Shown: positions 20,543-31,272, numbered from the stretch's first letter. The stretch: 64,000 nt of DNA from an uncultured Methylomirabilota bacterium (GCA_963705305.1 OY970067.1:3168001-3232000); one strand, 5' to 3'. Notes: a model not told the origin generated them from the letters alone. Made by a program: numbers and translations.

Positions 20543-20987
20543 CCCCCCAAATCGCGATACGCCATACCACGATTCGCTCCTCCCTCACGCCGCCTCCCCT
20601 CACCAGTAGAATCCGGCAGGCCAAATAGACATCAGGCCACGTATCTGCCATATGTTCACCTTTCCCGCATCATCGCTGCGCGGGAAGTCTCCTGAGTTTG
20701 TCCTCCGCGGTCCCGCATGAGGCCCATCCCCAATAATCGCATCCCCCCAGGGTCGCATGCGGGTGATCGCAAGAACACTTAGAAAATCTTACAGATTACA
20801 AATTCCTGCGACTGTCATAACCGAAAATCCTGGCAGAATCGTCATTGACGGTCCAATGCGGACCGGGGGCGCACTCCCAGAAGGATGGCTACCCCATAGT
20901 GTAGAAACCTTGGCCCTGACAGTCGGCGTAGATGGGTCAAAGTCCTGGGCGCGTCCGCGTGGCGGCTCTTCCCGGAGGGTGATGACA

Positions 20988-21194
20988 ATGTCTGAGGAGC
21001 CCTTCTTCTTGCGTTTACCGCAAGTCCTGAGGATCATCCCGGTGAGCAAGTCCACCTGGTGGGGAGGGATACGCTGCGGGAAGTTCCCGCGCCAGGTGAA
21101 GCTATCGGAGCGGACCTCCGCATGGCGCCGGAGCGACATCGAGGCGCTCTGTGACCGCCTGTCGGGCGCCAGCGGGAAGGAAAAGGAGCCATGA
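20988..21194 (+). CDS. alpA: AlpA-family regulator / recombination directionality factor
   Basis: FLRLPQVLRIIPVSKSTWW...GKFPRQVKLSERTSAWRRSDI. Confidence 0.9.
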   Translation: MSEEPFFLRLPQVLRIIPVSKSTWWGGIRCGKFPRQVKLSERTSAWRRSDIEALCDRLSGASGKEKEP

Positions 21195-21433
21195 GCGCGG
21201 CATCCTCCACTCTTGCCGCGCAGGCTGCCACCTCTGTGTTCGGCGCGATGCTCCACAGCCCCGAAGCGACCCGTCAGACGGTCGAAGCGCTGAGTCCGTC
21301 AGACTTTCCGACTGACGACTATCGCATCTGTTTTGTTGCGTTGCGAAATGTACAGCAACGGGGCGAGCACGTTGATTGCTTGACAGTCTCCATGCCGTCA
21401 GGCCAGGTACCACGACCAATGATTTCCCTCTAG
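21191..21433 (+). pseudogene. Truncated DnaB helicase N-terminal domain
   Basis: SVFGAML...LSPSDF...YRICF...GEHVDCLTV resembles DnaB-N; similarity ends after ~65 aa; ATGA overlap with alpA. Confidence 0.65.
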
Positions 21434-21648
21434 ATCCGTCCCGGGGGAGTCTCGTCGAGTCGGGTGAGCGGCACCGGCCACCCGACAGCGATCCGCTCGA
21501 ACGCGGTCGGTCCTGCCGTTCGGGTCATTGCCCTGGACATCAGCGGGGCAGAGTCATTACTTTTTGGGGTGGTATCACTTGGCCGTATCGGTCTCAATGA
21601 GGCTGTGGGCCGAGGAGGGGGCCAAACGGGTGTTTCCGGTTGCCGCGG

Positions 21649-21730
21649 TTGCACATTAATTACATGCTAAGTATATAGATATATAGTAAGTAAATAAATA
21701 CTTGACAAGTAATATTCACACGAGCATCAT
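21649..21730 (+). promoter_or_regulatory. AT-rich sigma70 promoter region for the AbiE-like operon
   Basis: Very AT-rich tract; TTGACA(21702)-N17-CATCAT. Confidence 0.6.
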
Positions 21731-21750
21731 TAGCCCAGCACAGGGGCCCA

Positions 21751-23007
21751 ATGGTGCCAGGAACAAAGATCGCCGCCGAACCCGATCAGTCAGCCGTTTC
21801 TGTGGCCCGCGAGGCCATCCTCCACGCCCTCGCGAAGCGCGGGTTCCAGGTTCGCGAGGAGGCAGTGCCCCTCCCAGCAGAAGGCCTGCGGCGCGGCCCC
21901 GTGCTGGATTTCGTCTTGGTACGCCAGCGGCGCCAGTTCGGCGTAGAAATCAAGGCCGCGCGTGAGCTCGCAGATTGGCTCTTCCAGTGGCTGGCCCGGC
22001 CGATCCTCGTGCTCCAAGCGGCGCATCGCCTCGAGGGCTGGGAACCGCTCCTAGCCTTGCATGTGGAGGGTCTCGATCCGCGAGGGGTGCGACGGTTCAA
22101 GGCCCAGGTGGCGCTGTACGCGCCGGGGCTCTGGTGGTTCATCCTGGACAGCCGGGGCAACCTCGCGGCCCATCTCCCCGGGGGCGACGAGCAGGCGATC
22201 GAGGACCGCGCTGAACGCGCTGGCTGGCCGTCTCGTGAATGGCGGTCGCCGCTTGACTTGTCTCGGCCCGGCTACGCCTCCGCCCGCCTCTCGTTCGGCG
22301 ATCTGGATCAGTGGCTCCTCAAGGTCCTGCTCTTCAGTCGCTCGCAGGGGAGCGAGTGGGGCGGGCCCCGAGGGGCCATCCGGAATCTGGCCCAACTCGC
22401 CAGGCTTGCCGCGGTGGCCCCACCCTTAGTGTATCGCTGGGCGGCCGCCGTGGAACGCAGCGGGTATTTAGCGAAGGTCATGGGCCGGATCCCCGTGCTG
22501 GAGGAGGGGGGGCGCCTCCTCACCGAGTGGCGCGGCCGGTATCGCATCAGTGACAACGAGGCCCTCGCCTGCGTCCCAGTCTTCGGCGAGCGGATCGACG
22601 CGAAATACCTCGCGGAGTTCCTGGACCGCCTTCGCCAGCTCCCGGCGGATGCGCCCGCCTTTGCCCTCACGGGCCACCAGGCCTGCCGCTTCTTTCGCCT
22701 GAAGCACTCCGATGCGCGCTCGGTCCACCTGTACGTGTCCGGGGATCCCTCGGCCCTCCTCGAGAAACTACAAGTGGTCCCGAGTTCCAGCGCCAGCGCG
22801 CCGGTCGTCCTCCTCCGGCCCCGGTATCCTCGGGGCGCCTTGGGGGGAGTCTCTCGCATGGACGGCGTCCCGGTCTGCGATGCCCTCCAGGTCTACCTGG
22901 ACCTGTACCACCTCCCGGACCGCGGCCGGGAGCAGGCCGAGGTGGTGCACGAGCGGATCCTGACGGCGGTCTTCCGGCAGGCGGCGGAGGCGCCGCATGA
23001 TCTTTAG
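21751..23007 (+). CDS. AbiEi-like (type IV TA) antitoxin with N-terminal restriction-endonuclease-like region
   Basis: C-terminal LQVYLDLYHLPDRGREQAE is AbiEi-like; central HTH; N-terminal DFVL...GVEIK. Confidence 0.7.
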   Translation: MVPGTKIAAEPDQSAVSVAREAILHALAKRGFQVREEAVPLPAEGLRRGPVLDFVLVRQRRQFGVEIKAARELADWLFQWLARPILVLQAAHRLEGWEPLLALHVEGLDPRGVRRFKAQVALYAPGLWWFILDSRGNLAAHLPGGDEQAIEDRAERAGWPSREWRSPLDLSRPGYASARLSFGDLDQWLLKVLLFSRSQGSEWGGPRGAIRNLAQLARLAAVAPPLVYRWAAAVERSGYLAKVMGRIPVLEEGGRLLTEWRGRYRISDNEALACVPVFGERIDAKYLAEFLDRLRQLPADAPAFALTGHQACRFFRLKHSDARSVHLYVSGDPSALLEKLQVVPSSSASAPVVLLRPRYPRGALGGVSRMDGVPVCDALQVYLDLYHLPDRGREQAEVVHERILTAVFRQAAEAPHDL

Positions 23008-23869
23008 CTCCCCGGAGGCCTTCTTGGTTCACGTGCTGCGGGCGTTCGAACCGTACCTCGACCGGGTCGTCCTCGTCGGCGGGTTCGCTGTCCGCCTCTA
23101 CGAGCAGCACCCGCGGGCCATGCCGGCTGCCACCCGGATCCTCCGGACCTTCGATGCAGACCTCGCGACGCCGGCTCGCCTCCCGGTGCGGGGCCGTCCC
23201 CTGGCCGCGCTGGCCGAAACCGCGGGCCTCCGGCCGGACTTCCGGGGGGATCGCATCCCCCCGGTGATGAAATTCGTGTTCGCCCGTCCGTCCGGTACCG
23301 CAGAGGGCGAGGAGGAGTACAGCGTCGAGTTCCTGACCCCCTTGACAGGCCCGCCGGTCGATCGGAGCGGCCGTGTCACGGTCACGAGTGACGTCCAAAC
23401 CGGCGTGACCGCGCAGCGCCTGCGGTACCTCGACCTGCTCCTCGAGACGCCCTGGCGCGTGTCGCTCAGGGGGGTCGTCGGGCTCGAAACGGACCGGGAG
23501 CCCATGGCCGTCCAGGTCCCCCATCCGGGATGCTTCATGGTGCACAAGCTCCTCATTGCTGGGGAGCGGACGCACGAGGACCGGCGGGCCAAGGACATGG
23601 CCTACCTCTACCAGGTGGCCAGCCTGTTCCGGCGCGAGCTCCCGGCACTTGCGGGGGAGGTCCGGGTCCGAATGGAAGGGCCCGCCGGGTGGCGCACGTG
23701 GCTCGGGCGGGCGCGGCGGCAAGGAGAAGTGCTCTTCGCCACCTCCGCCTCCCCGGGAGTCATGGCAGCCCACCGGGTCCTCGCGGCCGAGCTGGCTGGT
23801 CAAGGGGTCGAGGTCCCCAGCCTGGCGATGACTCACATTGGCGTCCGCCTCTTCCTGAACGGATTGTAA
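22997..23869 (+). CDS. Nucleotidyltransferase-fold protein (AbiEii/GSU2403-like toxin)
   Basis: VLVGGFAVRLY, RTFDAD, HKLL, RRAKD motifs; overlaps the upstream AbiEi-like gene. Confidence 0.75.
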   Translation: MIFSSPEAFLVHVLRAFEPYLDRVVLVGGFAVRLYEQHPRAMPAATRILRTFDADLATPARLPVRGRPLAALAETAGLRPDFRGDRIPPVMKFVFARPSGTAEGEEEYSVEFLTPLTGPPVDRSGRVTVTSDVQTGVTAQRLRYLDLLLETPWRVSLRGVVGLETDREPMAVQVPHPGCFMVHKLLIAGERTHEDRRAKDMAYLYQVASLFRRELPALAGEVRVRMEGPAGWRTWLGRARRQGEVLFATSASPGVMAAHRVLAAELAGQGVEVPSLAMTHIGVRLFLNGL

Positions 23870-23901
23870 CCTCGGACCGAGCGGGTGCCCCGGAGATGAC
23901 C

Positions 23902-25173
23902 ATGGCGTCGTTCACGGTCCTGCACGCAGCCGACATTCACCTGGATAGTCCCCTGCGCGGGCTCGAGCGATACGAGGGCGCGCCGGTGGACCGGATCCGG
24001 GGAGCGACGCGCGAAGCCTTTCGGGCCCTCGTAGATCTGGCAATCGCGGAGGAGGTGCGCTTAGTCCTGCTCGCGGGCGACCTGCATGACGTGGACTGGC
24101 GCGACTACAACACCGGCCTCTTCTTCAATGGGCAGATGTCCCGCCTGCGGGAGCAGGGCATTCCGGTCGTCCTGGTGTCGGGCAATCACGACGCAGCGAG
24201 CGAGATCACCCGCCATCTGGAGCCGCCCGCCAACGTGACCCTGGCCCCCACCCGGCGCCCGGGCCGCGTGGAGTTCCCGGACCTGGACCTGGTGGTCCAC
24301 GCCCAGGGCTTCGCCACCCGCCACTGCGCCGAGAGCGTCCTCGGCGCCTGGCCGCCCGCGGAGCGGGGGGCCCTCAACGTCGGCCTGCTCCACACCAGCG
24401 CGGCGGGCCACCCCGCCCACGAGCCGTACGCCCCCTGCACCCTGGAGGAGCTGGCGGCCCTCGGGTACGACTACTGGGCGCTCGGGCACGTGCACGAGCG
24501 GCGGATCCTCCGCCGCTCGCCCTGGATCGTGTACCCGGGCAATCTCCAAGGACGGCACGTCCGGGAGCCCGGGCCCCGCGGCGCCTACCTCGTGCGGGTC
24601 GACGAGGGCCGGATCGGCGAGCCAGAGTTCCGAGCCCTGGACGTCGTCCGCTGGGCGCGTTGCGAGGTGGCGCTCGGGGACGCGGCCGGCCTCGGCGCGG
24701 CGCTCGACGCCATCCGAACCCGGTTCGAGGCGCTCCTCCCGGAGGCCGAAGACCGCGCGCTCGGCGTCCGGGTCCTCCTCACGGGGGCCACCCCCGCCCA
24801 TGTGGACCTGGTCCGCGAGCCCGAGCGCACCCTCAACGAGATCCGCGGCCTCGCGATCGACCTGGCTGGCGATCAACTCTGGATCGAGTCGGTGCACTGC
24901 CGGACCCGCTCCCCCCTGGCCATCGCCAACCTCGCAGCGCGCGACGACGCGATCGGGGGCCTTCTGCGATCGCTGGACACCCTCAAGGCCGCACCGGAGG
25001 CTGCGTTCGCCGCGATCCGGGCGGCGCTCGGCCCCCTGGACGCGAAGCTTCCGCCCGACCTCCACCGGGGTCCGGACGGGGTCCTTCCGGAAGACCTGGA
25101 CGCGCTCCGCACGCTCCTCGACGAGGTCCAGCAGGCGCTTGCGGCCCACCTGCTCGCCGGGGAGGACGCCTGA
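23902..25173 (+). CDS. Mre11/SbcD-like metallophosphoesterase (YhaO family)
   Basis: HAADIHLDSP, AGDLHD, GNHD, LLHT, YWALGHVH, YPGNLQGR. Confidence 0.92.
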   Translation: MASFTVLHAADIHLDSPLRGLERYEGAPVDRIRGATREAFRALVDLAIAEEVRLVLLAGDLHDVDWRDYNTGLFFNGQMSRLREQGIPVVLVSGNHDAASEITRHLEPPANVTLAPTRRPGRVEFPDLDLVVHAQGFATRHCAESVLGAWPPAERGALNVGLLHTSAAGHPAHEPYAPCTLEELAALGYDYWALGHVHERRILRRSPWIVYPGNLQGRHVREPGPRGAYLVRVDEGRIGEPEFRALDVVRWARCEVALGDAAGLGAALDAIRTRFEALLPEAEDRALGVRVLLTGATPAHVDLVREPERTLNEIRGLAIDLAGDQLWIESVHCRTRSPLAIANLAARDDAIGGLLRSLDTLKAAPEAAFAAIRAALGPLDAKLPPDLHRGPDGVLPEDLDALRTLLDEVQQALAAHLLAGEDA

Positions 25174-28100
25174 TGCGCTTCCTGCGCCTGCGGTTCCAGC
25201 AGTTCGCGCACTTCCAGGACGTGACGCTCGATCTCGCCGCTGGCCAGGAGGGGCTGCACCTCGTCTACGGAGCGAACGAGGCCGGGAAGAGCGCCGCCCT
25301 CCGCGCCATCCACGGGTTCCTGTTTGGCATTCCGGTGCAGAGCCCCGACACCTTCCGCCACGGCGGCCCGGCGCTCCGGGTGCACGCCACCCTCCGGACC
25401 ACCGACGGAACGGTCCGTACCCTCGTGCGGCGGAAAGCGGCCAAACAGACCCTCCGTGACGCGGCGGAGCAACCGGTCGGCGACGAGGTCCTCCTGGCCC
25501 TCCTAGAAGGTGTCCCGCCGGAGCGGTTCACGCTCCTCTTCGGGCTCGGGCACGCCGAGTTGGTGGGCGGTGGGCAGCAGCTCCTAAAGAGCGGGGGTGC
25601 GGCCGGGGAGACGCTGTTCGCTGCGGCCGTCGGTGGAGTCCGGCTCCAGCGGCTCCTGGCCGATGTGACAGCCGAGGCCGACCGGCTCTTCAAGCCCCGC
25701 GGGGAGAAGCTGCCCCTCAACAAGCTGCTCGAGGACTACAAGCAGGCCGTCTCGGCGGTCAAGGAATTCAGCACACCGGGCAAGGCCGTGGCCGAGCTCC
25801 GCACCAGGGAGGAGGGCCTCCGGCGGAGGATCGACGAGGTCGAAGGGGAGGTCCGCGCCCATCGCACTGAAAGCGCGCGTCTGGAGCGCCTGCAGAAGGC
25901 CATCCCCTTGCTCGCGGAGCACCAGGGGTACGCGGGCCGGCTGACCGCCCGCGAGCATGCGCCGGACCTCGCGGAGGACTTCCCGGCGCGACGGCAGAAA
26001 GCCCAGGAGGCCTTCGCCCGACATGCTGCCGCGGCCGAGCAGGCGGCGGGAAAGCTGGAGGCCCTCGCCTCCGAGCTGGAGGCCCTCGTCATTCCTGAGG
26101 CTCTGCTGGCTGAGAGCCAGGCGATCACCCAGATCTACGGGGAGCTCGGGCAGTACCAGAGTGCGGTGCGCGACCTGCCCACCCAGGAGCGCCTCCGGGA
26201 CAGCCACACGGAGGCGGCACGGAAGATCCTCGTAGCGCTCCGGCCAGACCTGACCCTTGAGAACGCCGAGGGACTCCGGGTCCCGGCCGCCCTGCGCGAG
26301 CGGATCAGGGAGCGGGGGGAGGCGCTCCACCGGGCCGTGGGGAAGGTCGAACAGCTCGCCACGGCCCCGGCCGACCTCCGGGGCCAGCGCGAGGTGCTCG
26401 AAGGGCGGTTCCAGAAGATGCCTGAGCCGCCGGAGACCGAGCCCCTGCGGCAGGCGCTGCAGCTCGCCCGGGACGCCATCCCTGCGGAACGGGAGCTGGG
26501 GGAATGCGCTCAGGCGCAGCTCGAGATCGAGGGGAGGGCGGCCGTTGAACTGGCTCGCCTCGGCCTCTGGACCGGATCCCTGGACCAGTGTGAGCGCCTC
26601 CCAGTCCCCAGCACGGAGTCCCTCGAGGCCGCCGAGCTGGCCCGGGCGGAGGTCATGGCCGATCTGTTCGATCGACAGCGCCGGCTGCGGGAAGCGAGGG
26701 AGGACCTCGCCCGGGCTCTGGAGGCCCTCCGGGCGCTCGATGGAGCGGGCGCCGTCGCGTCCGAGGACGACCTCGCCGGCGCGCGGGAGGAGCGGGATAC
26801 ACAGTGGGATTCGATCCGGGAGCGCTGGCTGGCTGTGGTGCCTGAGGCGCCGGCCGATCCTGCTGCGCTCGACAACTACGAGTCCTCCGTGGAGGAGGCC
26901 GATGGCGTGGCGGACCGGCTCCGGCGCGAGGCGCAGCGGGTCACCCAGCACGCCCAGTTCACGGCCGAGCGAGAGCGCCAGGCGGAGCTGATCCGAGACC
27001 TGACGGATGAGATCGGCGGCCTTGAGCAGCGCGCGGCGGAGCTCCAGCGGGGATGGGAAGAGACCTGGAGCGCCTGCGCCATCCAACCCCACCCGCCGCG
27101 GGAGATGCGCCCCTGGCTCCAGCGCCGCGAAGCACTGCTGGCCCTGGCGGAGGAGCGGCGTGCGCTCCAGACGCGCCAGCGGACGTTGGGAGAGCAGGTG
27201 GCCCATCGCCGCCAGCACCTCGGGGAGCGCTTTGCCGGGATGGCGGGGGAGCGCGGGGGCCCGGAGGAATCGCTCCAGGAGCTCTGCCCCCGGGTGGACG
27301 CGTGGGTGCAGGGGGCCGAGCGGCAACGGCAGGAGCGCCTGACCTGTGACCGGGACCGGCAGACGCTCGACAACCAGGTGGCACGTGCCGAGGGCGAACT
27401 CGAGGCTGCCAACGCGAAGCTGGATGAGGTCCGGGGAAGTGGAGTGAAACCCTGGCGCCCCTGGGCCTGGACTCGGGGGTGACGCCCGGCGAGGCGCAAG
27501 CAATGCTCGACCAGATCGCCGCGCTCTTCGCCGCCCTCGAACGGGCCCAGGAGCCCGCGGGCCGTGTCCAGGAAATCTCGACCTTCATGGCCGACTACGA
27601 GCGACGCGCCCGGAAGGTGGTGGACGCGCTCGCCCCCGATCTCCTCGATTCCTTGCCGATTGACGATGCGGTGCGCGCCCTCGAGCGGAGGCGGGATGCG
27701 GCCGCGAAGCAGGAAGTGCAGCGGGATGCCCTCCGCAAACAGGCACAGCAACTCGATGGGGACCGCGAGGCGGCGGAGCGCGATCGCGAGGCCGCCGATC
27801 GCCTCCTGGCCGAGCTACTCGCGGAGGCGGGCTGCCAGGGCATCGGCGAGCTCCCGACCGTGGAGGCTGCAGCGGCCGAGAAGCGGGAGTGCCGGAAGCA
27901 GCTCGCCCGGGTGGAGGCCCTCCTCCGGCCGTTTGCCGGGGCGGGGACGCTGGAGACGCTTGCGGCGGAGTCGGCTCTCGTCAATCCGGACACGCTGCCA
28001 GCTCAGCTCGCCGCGCTCGACCGCGAGATCAACGACCTGGACATCACGCTGAAGGCCCTCTACGGCGATGCGGCCGTGGCGCGGAACGAACTGGCGGCCG

Positions 28101-28672
28101 TGGCGGGCGACGACCGGGCGGCCGAGAAAGCGAGCGAGGCGCAAGCCCTGCTCGCCGGGATCCGCACGGAGGCCGGGCGATATCTCCGGGCCCGCCTGGC
28201 GGCCTCGCTGCTCCAGCAGGAAATCGAGCGCTACCGGGAGACCCATGCGGGCGACTTGGTCAAGGCGGCCGGCGCGCTCTTCGCGCGCGTGACCTGCGGG
28301 GCGTTCAGCGGCCTGGGCGAGCGACTGACCGAGAAGGAACAACCGATGCTCGTGGGACTCCGCGCGGACGGCAGCCGGACCGAGGAGGTCACGGTAGAAG
28401 GGATGAGTGCCGGGACCCGGGACCAGCTCTACTTGGCCCTCCGGTTGGCGTACCTGGAGCGGCATCTACAACGGAACCCACCGTTTCCGCTCATCCTCGA
28501 CGACGTCCTCGTGAATTTCGATGACGAGCGGGCCGCAGCCGCCCTGGCCGTGTTCGGCGAGTTCTCGCGGGGCACCCAGGTTATCCTCTTCACACACCAT
28601 CAGCACCTGCGCGAGCTGGCCCGGGCTGCCGTGCCGGCGGAGATCCTGTTTGAGCACGAATTGATTGCGTGA
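25173..28672 (+). pseudogene. YhaN/Rad50-like ABC ATPase with long coiled coil, one-base frameshift at ~27435
   Basis: Walker A YGANEAGKS in the first ORF; MSAGTRDQLYLALRL, ILDDVLVNFDD and LFTHH in the second. Adding one G to the G-run at 27433-27436 joins them. Confidence 0.85.
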
Positions 28673-28839
28673 GGCCTGCTGTGGTGGAGCGCACCGCCCC
28701 AAGATGAGTGAGGCTATTCGCGTACTGATAGTCCTGCTGGCCGTAAGCGTGCGGAATCCTGGTGAGAAAGAAAAATGCCGTCCCCCTCGGGGACCGGACT
28801 GGAGTGCAGGCCCGCGCAGAGGGAAGCGGAGGGTTGCAC

Positions 28840-29859
28840 ATGACTGTTATCATTCAGTCGAGCGAGAAATACGGCCTCGTCGCCCTCCCGACGAACTTCG
28901 TGGACTCCACGGTTCCGCCGGCCATGAAGCTTGCCGAGGGCCTCTGGGCCACGCGCGCTTTGCCCACCGAGCTCGCAGATCACTGGAGGACGTGGATTGG
29001 CAGCTTGCAGGCCGACCGGATCGAGAAGGCCGAACTCTTCCTTGTGGCCACTGGTCCCTCAAAGGCGCCGGATATCCTGGATGGGGAAAACGTCGCGCTG
29101 CAACACCGGGTGGGGCACCTCTACTGGGGGCTGTTGGTCGCGGCGAGCATCAGGACGGAGGCGGACCCAGTCCAGATGACCGGGGCCTTCCGCGCTGACG
29201 GCATTGATGTCCGTCAAATGCGCGAGCTGGACAGGCTGCTGTGGGTCCCTGGGGCACCAGCGTGTTGGATTACACGTGCGCTCCTTCAGGAGGCCGCGGA
29301 ACTGGAGCGAGCGATTGCGCGATTTGATCCCCTGCCCAGGAAGCCGCTCATGAATCGCTTCGGTCACGTGGTCGAGGCCTTCTCCTCGGGCGTCAATCAC
29401 CACCACGTGGAAAAGCGCCTCCATCAATTCGTTCGCTGTGTGGAGGGCCTCATCCGTCCGGACATCGGGTCCACCGAAAAACAGTTCAAGTCTCGCACCG
29501 AGCTGTTCCTCGGGCCGAAGCACCATAGCCTGATCGAGCAACTCTACCGGATCCGGAGTGCAGTGGAGCATCTCCATGATCCGCTAACGCCGATCATGGC
29601 GGGATCCGTTCCCGACCAAGTCCGGATCCTGTTCCAGCGGGCATACCAGGCCGAGGCCCTGGCCAGGTACTGTGTGAAACGCCTGCTCCTCACGCCCGAC
29701 CTCTGGCCGCATATCAGGGATGATAAGGCACTCGCCGCCTTCTGGGCGTTATCATCGGAGGAGCGGATGCGCCACTGGGGCCCTCCGTTGAACATGGACT
29801 TGGTCTCGAGCGAATTTGCTCCCGAGCAGATCGACAACGGCATGCTTGGCGTCGCCTAA
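28840..29859 (+). CDS. HEPN-domain protein (ApeA-like)
   Basis: CVEGL upstream acidic motif and LYRIRSAVEH (Rx4H) in a helical C-terminal domain. Confidence 0.65.
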   Translation: MTVIIQSSEKYGLVALPTNFVDSTVPPAMKLAEGLWATRALPTELADHWRTWIGSLQADRIEKAELFLVATGPSKAPDILDGENVALQHRVGHLYWGLLVAASIRTEADPVQMTGAFRADGIDVRQMRELDRLLWVPGAPACWITRALLQEAAELERAIARFDPLPRKPLMNRFGHVVEAFSSGVNHHHVEKRLHQFVRCVEGLIRPDIGSTEKQFKSRTELFLGPKHHSLIEQLYRIRSAVEHLHDPLTPIMAGSVPDQVRILFQRAYQAEALARYCVKRLLLTPDLWPHIRDDKALAAFWALSSEERMRHWGPPLNMDLVSSEFAPEQIDNGMLGVA

Positions 29860-29912
29860 GGATGGGCAGCGGGACTGGGAGCGCCCCGAGGAGTTGAGGC
29901 AGGGCCTTGCGC

Positions 29913-30629
29913 ATGACTCCAGATGACGTATCGTATGCCTACGAACTCCGCGTCAGCTCGCGCGCTCGCCGCGTCCGGCTAGAAATCTCCCAGGAGAAGG
30001 GACTCCTGGTCGTTGTCCCGCAACGATTCAAGCTTGCCGGGGTCCCCAACGTCCTCCAGTGGCATCGGGACTGGATTCGGTCGACCTTCGCGCGCCTGGC
30101 GCACCGACCGTCCCCTTCCCCGAGGGCGCCCTGGCGGATCCCTGCAGAAATCGCGCTTCGCGCAATCGGGACCACCTGGCAGGTCTCAGCGCGTTCCACA
30201 GATGTCCGGTGGGTCGCGGTCCACGAATCCCGAGGGCGCCAGCTAACCCTGGCCGGCCAGACCACCGAGGAGCGAGCGTGCCGGGAGGGCCTCGGGCGTT
30301 GGCTCGTCCGGCAGGCCCGGATGCATCTTCCGCCGCGCCTGGGGGCGCTGAGTCAGCAAACGGGCCTCCGCTATGGGCACGTGTCCGTCCGACGGCAGAA
30401 GACACGGTGGGGGAGCTGTGCGCGGGGCGGCCAGATCTCGCTGAACGCCCGCCTGCTCTTCCTGCCCCCAGAGTTGGTCGACTACGTCTGTGTGCACGAA
30501 TTGTGTCACGGGGTGCACTCGAACCATTCCACGGCATTCTGGACGCTCGTGCACCGACATTGCCCAGAGGCACCCAGCCGGCGTGCGGAGTTGCAGGCAG
30601 CTGGGCCGTTCGTGCCCTACTGGGCGTAA
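29913..30629 (+). CDS. M48/YgjP (DUF45)-like zinc metalloprotein
   Basis: QKTRWGSC, ISLN, DYVCVHELCH, NHSTAFW. Confidence 0.88.
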   Translation: MTPDDVSYAYELRVSSRARRVRLEISQEKGLLVVVPQRFKLAGVPNVLQWHRDWIRSTFARLAHRPSPSPRAPWRIPAEIALRAIGTTWQVSARSTDVRWVAVHESRGRQLTLAGQTTEERACREGLGRWLVRQARMHLPPRLGALSQQTGLRYGHVSVRRQKTRWGSCARGGQISLNARLLFLPPELVDYVCVHELCHGVHSNHSTAFWTLVHRHCPEAPSRRAELQAAGPFVPYWA

Positions 30630-30635
30630 CCTCGC

Positions 30636-31184
30636 CTACGCACGCCACAACGCGGATGCCGTCTGGCGGAATTTCGAGGCTAACGCGCTCTTGACCGTGA
30701 CTCGATACTTGGGCAACACGACCATCAAGAAGCTGCTGGCAGACGTAACGATCGGAGCCGAAGCTTGAGGTCGTTCAGGGATGAGTAGTTCGACGACGCG
30801 CCTGTATCGCATCGAGTACATTCCCGTCCAAGGTTCCCGGAACCCTGGTGCTCCCGAGTGCAAGACGTAGCAGCGGAGGGGGCGGTGGGCGAGGCCTTTG
30901 GCCAGAGTCCGGAGGAGCTCTCGCACCAGGGCAAGTCCTTGCGCTTCGGGAAAGACGGTGGAGTAGGGGTCTGGACCGGCAGTCGTGTGCACATACCTGC
31001 CGATTCCCAAGGGTTGGCCGCCTGCGCACAGGAACCGCCCAAGGGTGACGGCTCGATTTGGCAGGTGGGCGTAAATGAAATGCGTGCTCCGGGGGAAGCC
31101 GATCGCGATGGCCGCGACCGTCAGGTACTTTGGCTGCAGCATCCAGGGCATCCAGTGATTCCGCCATGCTCTTGGGCCGTGCAT
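30636..31184 (-). CDS. Hypothetical protein
   Basis: Open frame just downstream of the island-type promoter at 31273-31315; start and frame uncertain; no family recognised. Confidence 0.35.
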   Translation of the reverse strand: MHGPRAWRNHWMPWMLQPKYLTVAAIAIGFPRSTHFIYAHLPNRAVTLGRFLCAGGQPLGIGRYVHTTAGPDPYSTVFPEAQGLALVRELLRTLAKGLAHRPLRCYVLHSGAPGFREPWTGMYSMRYRRVVELLIPERPQASAPIVTSASSFLMVVLPKYRVTVKSALASKFRQTASALWRA

Positions 31185-31272
31185 CCGGCAAGTGGCTTGA
31201 CGGCGTCTCCGTTTCGGTGGCCTCGGGTTCGCCAGCAGGGCCAACCGCTGGCGCTGGCCTCCGACCGGGTGG

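Noticed and set aside
27430..27445. Programmed -1 frameshift in yhaN
   Set aside because: The in-frame context CGG GGA AGT is not a canonical slippery site; an indel is simpler.
30630..30870. Protein-like plus-strand fragment (NADAVWRNFEANALL...YRIEYIPVQGSRNP)
   Set aside because: Interrupted by a stop and not assignable to any family by eye.
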